From contig OY762492.1 in the NCBI GenBank assembly GCA_963665845.2, positions 1,824,001 through 1,888,000 of the forward strand: a stretch of 64,000 nt of DNA, written 5' to 3'. Within the stretch, counting starts at the first letter, position 1. Each line of letters begins with the position of its first letter. A program made the position numbers and the translations under genes. Below are positions 40,775-48,129 of this stretch, piece after piece. This DNA comes from Candidatus Poribacteria bacterium. Lineage in GTDB: Bacteria; Poribacteria; WGA-4E; GCA-2687025. The notes beneath the pieces are model-generated. The model searched no databases. It saw only the letters and a list, made by a program, of their open reading frames with translations, and was not told the origin of the DNA.

Positions 40775-41773
40775 GTGAAGATGCGCATCGCCCTTGCTGC
40801 CATGGCTCTTTTGATTTTGCCGCTGCGCCCCTGCGCCGCGGAGCCGTTTGCCGGCGAGTTTATGACCCTTGGGGCGGGCGCGCGCGCCATCGGGATGGGC
40901 GGGGCGTATGCCGCGCTCGCGGACGACGCATCCGCCGCCTACTGGAACCCCGCCGGCCTCGCCCAACTGGATCGAACGCAGGCGGCGTTCATGCACTCGA
41001 CGCTTCATGGGCTGGACGCCTACGACTATTTCAACGCAGCGCATCCGATCGGGAACGGCGTATGGAGCCTCTCATGGCTGCGCGTCGGCATTGACGATAT
41101 TAAACTCACCTCGACGCCGAATTCGCAGTCGGTCAGCTCGGTCAACCGCCCGACGGTTCGGGCGGAAGGGTCTGTGTCGAACAACGCCTTCACGCTTGCA
41201 TGGGGTACGCGCGCTTTTGAAGCGGATCGGCTCGCCGCGTATGTCGGTCTTGCCGGGAAGTTTATTTTCATATCGGCTCCTGAAGGCAACAACGCGTTCG
41301 GCGTCGGCGCGGACGCGGCGGCTCTCGGCGTCTACCGCCTCTCTGACGGGGCGCAGCTGCGCGCCGCCGCGAATCTGCAGGACGCGGCAGAGACGAAAAT
41401 TTACTGGAACACTCCGCCGAAAAGCGGCGAATCGTCTCACCGAGACGTTATCGATCAGAACCTGAAACTTGGACTGGCGCTGGCGCATTCCGTTCCGCCG
41501 GGGGAGAATTCGTCGTTCACCATCGCCGCGGAACTGAACTCAAAATACGATTATGAAAAAAACTTTGGCGCGGAATGGAACCTCGGAAACGCGCTGGCGC
41601 TGCGCCTCGGATTGATGGAGCGCAAATCTGCCGCCGAGACGCTGCGCGACATCTCCGCCGGCGCCGGCTTCAAGCTTGGATTCACAGGCGGTCAGTCGTT
41701 TATGGTCGATTACGCCTTCACCAGCGGCGAGATCGGCGGGAGCCATCGGCTATCGATTGCTGTCGGACTATAA
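40775..41773 (+). CDS. PorV/PorQ family outer-membrane beta-barrel
   Basis: FMTLGAGARAIGMGGAYAALADDASAAYWNPAGL, VDYAF....G..HRLS. Confidence 0.85.
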   Translation: MKMRIALAAMALLILPLRPCAAEPFAGEFMTLGAGARAIGMGGAYAALADDASAAYWNPAGLAQLDRTQAAFMHSTLHGLDAYDYFNAAHPIGNGVWSLSWLRVGIDDIKLTSTPNSQSVSSVNRPTVRAEGSVSNNAFTLAWGTRAFEADRLAAYVGLAGKFIFISAPEGNNAFGVGADAAALGVYRLSDGAQLRAAANLQDAAETKIYWNTPPKSGESSHRDVIDQNLKLGLALAHSVPPGENSSFTIAAELNSKYDYEKNFGAEWNLGNALALRLGLMERKSAAETLRDISAGAGFKLGFTGGQSFMVDYAFTSGEIGGSHRLSIAVGL

Positions 41774-42700
41774 ACCTAAAACGCGCGATTTCAACAGGGC
41801 AAGAATACGCGCTTCGTCCGCTTCAAACGCGGCGCGCGCGTTCGGGGTATCGTCCGCCTCTTCGTAGGTTCTGCCTAAAAACTTTCCCTCCGCCGTCTCC
41901 ACCCGCGCGGTGACGCGTTCCAACCGAAACATGCTTTTGTCGATCAGATAGGCGATGACGAGCGCGTCATGGACATGCATGCCGTTGACGCCGACCGCTT
42001 TTTGCGTGAACGCGAGCAGTAGCGCCGAGATGTCGCGCGTGAAACGCCCCAGAGAGCCGGGCGCCTCCGCCAGCGTTTGCGGAGGCAGCAGAACGGAGCT
42101 GGTCGCGTCCAGCGGAATGAAGGTCGGGCGCAAACCCGCCGAGAGAACCTCCTCAAGCGCATGCGGGTCGGCGTATACGTTGAACTCCGCATGCGGCGAA
42201 ATGTTGCCCGCCGTCCGAAACGCGCCGCCCATGACAACCATCTCTTGATAACGGCGCATCCTGCGGGCGTCGGCGCGCGCGGCGAGCGCGATATTTGTCA
42301 ACGGACCAAACGCGGCGAGCGCCGTCTCTTCGTCCGCCGCGTCTAAGATCAGGTCAACCGCATGGCGTTTGTCGAGCGGCGCGTCGGAGGGCGGGTAACG
42401 CATGCTTCCGTCTGGATTGCGCAGCTTGGTCGCCCCGCCGAGTCCGTCTCCGCCATGCACATGTTCCGCTCCGATGCGAGGGCGAAAGAGCGGCTGATCC
42501 GCCCCCATCGCTACAGGCGGACGGGGGGACGGGTTCAACACGTCCATGATGCGGAGCGCGTTTGCGGCGCCTTTTTCGACGGAGCAGTTGCCGTTCACAA
42601 CGCTGACGCCGACGACCGACAACTCTGGGGAACGGAACGCCAGGGCGAGGGCTAAGGCGTCGTCTATGCCTGGGTCGGCGTCTATGAGGATGCGTTTCAA
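41768..42700 (-). CDS. Nucleoside hydrolase (IU-NH family)
   Basis: IDADPGIDDA, GN, HGGDGLG, GPLTNIA, MGGA, AEFNVYADP, HDAL. Confidence 0.93.
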   Translation of the reverse strand: MKRILIDADPGIDDALALALAFRSPELSVVGVSVVNGNCSVEKGAANALRIMDVLNPSPRPPVAMGADQPLFRPRIGAEHVHGGDGLGGATKLRNPDGSMRYPPSDAPLDKRHAVDLILDAADEETALAAFGPLTNIALAARADARRMRRYQEMVVMGGAFRTAGNISPHAEFNVYADPHALEEVLSAGLRPTFIPLDATSSVLLPPQTLAEAPGSLGRFTRDISALLLAFTQKAVGVNGMHVHDALVIAYLIDKSMFRLERVTARVETAEGKFLGRTYEEADDTPNARAAFEADEARILALLKSRVLGL

Positions 42701-42769
42701 GCTTGACTTTCCCGCATCCAGTCGAGACAGTTGCTGTAGTAGAGCGTGTTGACGTTCATGAGGCGCGCA

Positions 42770-43186
42770 TCATTTCCGTGAATCAATGCGTGTTTTGATT
42801 TTTTCTACGTTCTCTTTTGCCTCAGAACACGCCTTATCTGCAGTGTCATATATCTCGAATGCCGGAGGCGGATCCATCATTTGAAGCCTGGCAGTTGCTG
42901 CATATTTTTGTTCCTGCGCCATCCGCAATAAGCCCTCTGCCGCGGCCAACATTTCCGCAACTCTATTACATTGGGCAGGATTTTTCCATCCTCCGTTTAT
43001 GTTTTCTTTGCGGATCTTTTCTAGCGTCTCTCTCGCTTGCTGCTTCATCTTCCTGACCGCAACGTACTTCGTCCATTCTTTGCCCCTGGTCTGTTCCAGT
43101 ACTGCGATTGCTGCGCTTCTTACAGACTCCGCGATTTTCAGTTCTCGCTGCGCTAATTTCAGCTCCTGTTCATCCGTCATGGCCAT
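42770..43186 (-). CDS. Hypothetical alpha-helical protein, low GC
   Basis: AAGGAG RBS; upstream TTGACA-18-TATTCT (43271-43242); charged coiled-coil-like sequence. Confidence 0.6.
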   Translation of the reverse strand: MAMTDEQELKLAQRELKIAESVRSAAIAVLEQTRGKEWTKYVAVRKMKQQARETLEKIRKENINGGWKNPAQCNRVAEMLAAAEGLLRMAQEQKYAATARLQMMDPPPAFEIYDTADKACSEAKENVEKIKTRIDSRK

Positions 43187-43613
43187 GCGTATCTCCTTCC
43201 GTTTGTGAACGCCATCGGTCAACCTCGCTGCCAACACTCGTAGAATACACCATAGTAGTCGGACATGTCAACTTTTATGACGCGATTTTACTACATCCGA
43301 CTAAGCCCTATTAAGTGGGATGTTCGCCGACCACTCGGAAACGATTTCGGCAGCTAAAATAGCGCGCCTTCAATGCGCTTGCCTGTGTAGGGATCCGCCA
43401 TGGGCGGCAATACCAATGGGCGGTCATCGAAGTAGTCGGCAGGAGTTTGATCTGATGGCAAAGCCAATGACTCTTGGAAAACGGCGTGAAAATACACCAC
43501 AGCGGAGTCGGAGGTTGAAGCGAAACACAAAGATTCATCCTGAAAGCAAGGGTATATTTGAAGGTAGGCGCGCCCCGCCGGGTCGCGTTAGAGGGGCGTA
43601 CAGGCGTCCGCTT

Positions 43614-44310
43614 TTAAAGCCGTCCTTGAATTGACGGCTGTTTGCCTCGGACGGGCGGTGTGTTGAACCGCTTGCCTTCCAGCATTTCCGCGACAGTCAA
43701 GAGTTGCATTCTAGGATACTTGATTCCGCCGAAAACCGCCTCGCCGTGATTTTCCATGATATCTTCGATGTTCTTGCGGCGTCCCGGTGATATTTCCATG
43801 ACGATCAGCCCCGCGAGGGCGGCGTCCCCACCGTGTAAAACGCCGGCGAGCCGCTGCGCGTCGGGACTGCCTACAGTCTTCCCACCCTTGACCTGCAGAA
43901 TCATGTGCTTATACCCTTCACCGACCGCTTCCTCAAAGTAGAGCCGACCATCAATGCCGCCGTCTCTTCCACGTTTTGCCATAACAAAGCCGTCAACGAG
44001 TTCCACTGCCCAAGTTTGAAAACGGTACGGATCGCTTTCCCACAGCGCGCGCGCGCGCCATCAACGCTGTTCGGCACCCCGTCCACGACAAAATCCTTAC
44101 CCTCCGTCAGTCCTAGGCGGGCTTCTAAGCGCGCGCGGGTTACCCGGTTGATTGCATGAATTGTAATGTCGATGCCAATCCATTGGCGGTTCAAAGTTGC
44201 AGCAGCCTCCAGTGTCGTACCGCATCCGCAAAATGGGTCAAGCACAACGTCGCCTTCATTCGATGAAACTTGAACAATGCGCTTTAGCAACGCAAGAGGC
44301 TTCTGCGTTT
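43614..44310 (-). pseudogene. 3' remnant of a DNA methyltransferase-Mrr-like endonuclease fusion, truncated by the IS and frameshifted
   Basis: Begins at TQKPLALL..LDPFCGCGTT; (GC)7 tract at 44045-44058 breaks the frame; downstream DGGIDG...LQVKGG nuclease motif. Confidence 0.85.
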
Positions 44311-44333
44311 GGCAGTCTCTACAGGCGATGATT

Positions 44334-44795
44334 TCAAATCCATCGCTTTTTCAGAACCACAAGCGCAATGGAGGCTTTTAACGCCCAGAGCCGCTTTGTG
44401 TAGCCTTTGGTCTTCCGACGAAGGCGGTATAAACAGTCCCGCAAAACCGAATGTTTTGTTTCATTACGGTTCACCTCCGCGCCCTTGCCAGCCACATGCG
44501 GAAGAGGCGAAAGATAGCCGTAAACGGGATACTTGTCAGAGTAGTAACACCGTGCCGGAGGCAGACGAAACAGAAGCTTCAGAAACGTCTCTAAATCTCG
44601 ATCTCCAACCTGAAAATCGAAGCTGAAAGAGCCATCATCCTGCTCTATGACAGCCGTCCAAATCCAACGAATCTTCCGACTCGGACCCCTGCAGGCAGTC
44701 TGGTACGTGCACATCTCATCGAACGAAATCGCCCTGACCATGCGCGATGAACGCGCTTTCCTCCGTCTTTCAAGCGCCCTCTTTGCCCAGAGAAG
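44334..44795 (-). CDS. IS1 transposase catalytic ORF (InsB-like, DDE), reached by frameshift
   Basis: FDEMCTY, WIWTAV, VGDR, YSDKY..Y, N.NE..HS.LR....L.RKTKGY. Confidence 0.85.
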   Translation of the reverse strand, partial: LLWAKRALERRRKARSSRMVRAISFDEMCTYQTACRGPSRKIRWIWTAVIEQDDGSFSFDFQVGDRDLETFLKLLFRLPPARCYYSDKYPVYGYLSPLPHVAGKGAEVNRNETKHSVLRDCLYRLRRKTKGYTKRLWALKASIALVVLKKRWI

Positions 44796-45063
44796 TTTTT
44801 TTGATCCAGGAATAGATCGTCCCGGTTTTCACATTCAAAATTCGACCGATGGCGGAAACGCTGATGCCTTCGGCATACATCAAAACCGCTTGTTGGCGCG
44901 TCTTTTCTGGGTAGAAATGACGCTCGGCTGACGGCGTGTGCCGGTGATTGCACTGCCGACAAATAAAGGTTTGCTTTCCACGGTCTTTGCCGTTCTTGAC
45001 CATCCAGTCCGAGTTGCAATGGGGACACCGAATATTGTGGTCGACAATCCGCTTGACTTGCAT
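44770..45063 (-). CDS. IS1 transposase N-terminal ORF (InsA-like, zinc ribbon + HTH)
   Basis: CPHC..VKNG....Q.F.CRQC, HTH ending TIYSWIKK. Confidence 0.85.
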   Translation of the reverse strand: MQVKRIVDHNIRCPHCNSDWMVKNGKDRGKQTFICRQCNHRHTPSAERHFYPEKTRQQAVLMYAEGISVSAIGRILNVKTGTIYSWIKKTSLGKEGA

Positions 45064-45221
45064 ATGCGACGACTCCTGTTGGACTCACGAATTCGGATAA
45101 ATTATAGCGCATCATCGCCTGTAGAGACTGCCAAAAATTTCAAACAACGTTTGACCTCTGACCTTACGTCGTTAGTTGGGCATGACAGCGGGCGGGCGCG
45201 GACGGTTTCTGCGGCGCCTCT

Positions 45222-45361
45222 GGATTCCCGCGCGTTTTACCGCAAGGGCGGGAATGCATGCCCCCGCGGGCATGTCCTCGTGAAAACGGGGAAGCGGGGG
45301 ACGATAATGAAGCGCGGGGTTTCTGGACTCCCCCCTTGAAAAGGGGGCTGGGGGGGTTTTA
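45222..45361. repeat. Nested hairpin repeat cluster
   Basis: Expanded ATTCCC..GGGAAT, a 22-nt hairpin holding a second 22-nt hairpin (45257-45300), CCCCTTGAAAAGGGG hairpin. Confidence 0.85.
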
Positions 45362-45487
45362 GCCGCGCCCAGCGGCGGCGCTTTAGGGTCAAAATGAAAT
45401 TCATCGTATGAGCGTACTGCCTGAGATCAACGGCAAATGCCTTATCTCCATGCGTACGTTATCATGAAACACAATACGGAGAAAAAC

Positions 45488-45898
45488 ATGCGTTTGACAA
45501 CATTCTGCGCCGCGTTTCTGTCGTCGGGTTTGTTTTTGCTCATGTCCTGCTCTTCGATACCGAATCCGCTTGAAGAAAGAGAGCCTTGGGAGCATGCGTT
45601 TGCGCAGGCGAAACGGGCGGCGCAACGGGAAGCGGAGTATACCGTTCGCGCGGAGAAGGCTCAGGGCGATCAGGACAAACGCAAACGGAGAATTGATGTG
45701 GGCGGAGCCGCCGGCATAGGGGGAAGTGAAGACTATTCCTCCTTTATTGCGAATGCGCTGCGCTGGAACAGGGAAAAGATGAGATGGCTGGCGGAAGCGC
45801 GCCAAAAAGGATTCACCGGCGGCGACGATGCGGCGGATCCCGAATGGTTTAAGAAATGGAAGCTTCAATACGAGGAGGATGAGAAGACCGCCGAATGA
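45488..45898 (+). CDS. Hypothetical lipoprotein
   Basis: GGAG RBS, hydrophobic stretch and LMSC lipobox. Confidence 0.6.
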   Translation: MRLTTFCAAFLSSGLFLLMSCSSIPNPLEEREPWEHAFAQAKRAAQREAEYTVRAEKAQGDQDKRKRRIDVGGAAGIGGSEDYSSFIANALRWNREKMRWLAEARQKGFTGGDDAADPEWFKKWKLQYEEDEKTAE

Positions 45899-45901
45899 AT
45901 C

Positions 45902-45930
45902 TTGACACAGCGCGGCGTCGTCCCTATACT
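45902..45930 (+). promoter_or_regulatory. Strong sigma70 promoter
   Basis: TTGACA-17-TATACT. Confidence 0.75.
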
Positions 45931-45958
45931 CCAGCAGCGGACGGGAGAGCGGAGCGGT

Positions 45959-46861
45959 ATGTCAACGCGCGATGGACTGGATCGGTTTTACACGGCGCCT
46001 GAAACTGCGCAGAAATGTTTGCGCGTTTTAAAACAATTCATCGCCGACGCCGGCGTCCAACAGCCTGGATACATTGAGCCGTCCGCCGGCGCGGGCGTTT
46101 TCTTGTCGGGCTTGCCCTCCTCAACCATCGCCATGGACATTGCGCCGCCTTCCGATTGCGGCTGGATGCCGAAGCGCGACTATCTCGCTTGGAAGTACAC
46201 GGGTTCGCGGCGGCGAAGCCGCATGGTCGTCGTCGGCAATCCGCCGTTTGGACAGCGGGGGAAAACGGCAGTCGCGTTCATCAACCATGCCGCCTCTATG
46301 GCCGACACCATCGCGTTTATCCTGCCCTCCTGTTTTCGCAAATGGGGTTCCCAAAAGCAGGTCGCGTCCGACCTGACGCTTCAATCGTCAACGGACCTGC
46401 GCGGGGATCTGTATTTAAAACCGGACGGCAGAACGGTCGCGCTCAACACCGTTTTTCAGATTTGGAGCCGGCATACGCCGTACCCGAACTTGCGCAAGAC
46501 GGAGCGCGAGCCGACCGCCCATCCCGACTTCAAGATGCGGCAGTATAACAACACGCGGGCAACGGAGCGGTATTTTGACATGCCGTTCGACTTTGCGGCG
46601 CCGTGTCAGGGCTGGCAAAATTACGCCGTCAAGCGGCGGCGCGCCGACGAGTGCGAGCGGCATAAGCAATGGATGCTTTTCCTCGCGACCGCGCCGCATG
46701 CGCTGGATATGCTTTACCGCATCGACTTTCAGGAGCTGGCGCACCGGAACGGCACTGCGGTTCCGGGTTACCGCAAGAACGATGTCGTATCAGAATATAA
46801 GCGGCTCGTTTCTCTCCATCGAACCGCCGCGTCCGATTCCCCCCTTGAAAAGGGGGGCTAG
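45959..46861 (+). CDS. Orphan SAM-dependent (probably N6-adenine DNA) methyltransferase
   Basis: LDRFYT, YIEPSAGAG, VVGNPPFG, IAFILP; GGAG RBS. Confidence 0.82.
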   Translation: MSTRDGLDRFYTAPETAQKCLRVLKQFIADAGVQQPGYIEPSAGAGVFLSGLPSSTIAMDIAPPSDCGWMPKRDYLAWKYTGSRRRSRMVVVGNPPFGQRGKTAVAFINHAASMADTIAFILPSCFRKWGSQKQVASDLTLQSSTDLRGDLYLKPDGRTVALNTVFQIWSRHTPYPNLRKTEREPTAHPDFKMRQYNNTRATERYFDMPFDFAAPCQGWQNYAVKRRRADECERHKQWMLFLATAPHALDMLYRIDFQELAHRNGTAVPGYRKNDVVSEYKRLVSLHRTAASDSPLEKGG

Positions 46862-47192
46862 GGGGGGTTTAAAGAACGAGCGCGGCGGCTCCGAAACCTT
46901 AAGATCCCCGCTTACGCGGGAATGACGATCCGGTTGACGAGGCTTTTTTCCGATTCATTCGGCATGGGAACGCGGACGTCATCCCCGATGCCTCTGGATT
47001 CCCGCTTACGCGGGAATGCATGTCCTCGCGGAAGCGGGGAACGGTCTGGTTGGCGACGCCTTTTTCCCATGAATAGAGCGATCGTCGGTTCAAATGTCCC
47101 AACTCTGGTTGTGAACGCGGGCGGTTTCGGGGCGGACTCTGGATTCCCGCTTGCGCGGGAATGACGATCCGGTTTGCGGCGCCTTTTCCCAG
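46826..47192. repeat. Mosaic repeat cluster (three ATTCCC-N8-GGGAAT-type hairpins, an inserted 22-nt hairpin, MITE-internal sequence)
   Basis: Hairpins near 46903, 46998 and 47143; reverse-complement similarity to 25869-25990. Confidence 0.85.
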
Positions 47193-47326
47193 AGGCCAGT
47201 CAGATATTTTGATTGACGCCTCGGATTTACGTATCATAATCATGGCGGAGCGCCCCCGCGTCAATTTTTCTTGCAATACGGGCGCATGAGGTTATAGACT
47301 ATGGACGCTTGACCTGCGAGAGTAAA

Positions 47327-48094
47327 ATGAACGAGCCGTTTGTTTGCCATCAATGCGCCGCCGAAATCGAGGCTGACCAGTTCGCCCGCTGTTTCAAAGT
47401 CTGCCCTAAATGCGGCATGCATTATCCGCTCAAGGCGGGCGAGCGGCTTGACCTCTTGACCGACGAAGGCTCTTTTGTGGAATACGACGCCGATCTCTAT
47501 TCGGTCGACTTTCTAGAATTTCCGCGCTACCGAGAGCGTCTCAAAACCTACCGAGAGCGCACCGGCATGCCGTCCGAGATGATGTCGGGGCTGGCAACCA
47601 TCGGTGGACATGAGGCGTCCATCGCCGTGACCGACATGCATTTCATCATGGGAAGCATGGGATCGGTCGTCGGAGAAAAGATCGCGCGCTGTTTTGAACG
47701 GGCGGTGGAGCGGCGTTTGCCTGTTGTGATCGTATCAGGCTCCGGCGCCGGCGCTCGAATGGACGAAGGCACCGTCGCGCTCATGCAGATGGCAAAAACA
47801 AGCGCCGCCGTTCAACAGCATTCCGACGAAGGTTTGCTGTATATTTCCGCGGTGACGAATCCGACCATGGGCGGCGCCGCGGCGAGCTTCGTTCTTCTTG
47901 GGCATGTCGTCATTGCGGAGCCGGGGGCGATGATCGGTTTCGCCGGCCCCCGCGCCAGAGCCGCCATCGGCGAAGAAATGCCGCCCGAACTGCAATCGGC
48001 TGAAGCGCTGCTCAAAAACGGCATGATCGATAAAGTTGTTCCGCGCCGCCAATTGCGCCAATCTTTGATTCAGCTGCTAGAATACACTACCTGA
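47327..48094 (+). CDS. accD: Acetyl-CoA carboxylase carboxyltransferase beta subunit
   Basis: C4 zinc finger, FIMGSMGSVVGEKI, GARMDEG...LMQMAKTS, PT.GG..ASF, IGFAGPR. Confidence 0.95.
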   Translation: MNEPFVCHQCAAEIEADQFARCFKVCPKCGMHYPLKAGERLDLLTDEGSFVEYDADLYSVDFLEFPRYRERLKTYRERTGMPSEMMSGLATIGGHEASIAVTDMHFIMGSMGSVVGEKIARCFERAVERRLPVVIVSGSGAGARMDEGTVALMQMAKTSAAVQQHSDEGLLYISAVTNPTMGGAAASFVLLGHVVIAEPGAMIGFAGPRARAAIGEEMPPELQSAEALLKNGMIDKVVPRRQLRQSLIQLLEYTT

Positions 48095-48129
48095 ACCGAA
48101 CCTGCCGCTAAAGGAGATAGAAACCGTCT

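Larger units (their letters stand above)
44311..45132 (-). mobile_element. IS1-family insertion sequence (822 bp)
   Basis: Perfect 22-bp IRs GGCAGTCTCTACAGGCGATGAT (44311-32, 45111-32); InsA-like and DDE ORFs; no flanking DR. Confidence 0.92.

Noticed and set aside
42735-43290. IS ends around the low-GC hypothetical gene
   Set aside because: No convincing inverted-repeat pair; the TGTCAA segment is better explained as the gene's -35 box
43311-43613. Possible ncRNA or small gene between the hypothetical gene and the MTase remnant
   Set aside because: No recognisable RNA family motif or credible ORF; probably decayed sequence
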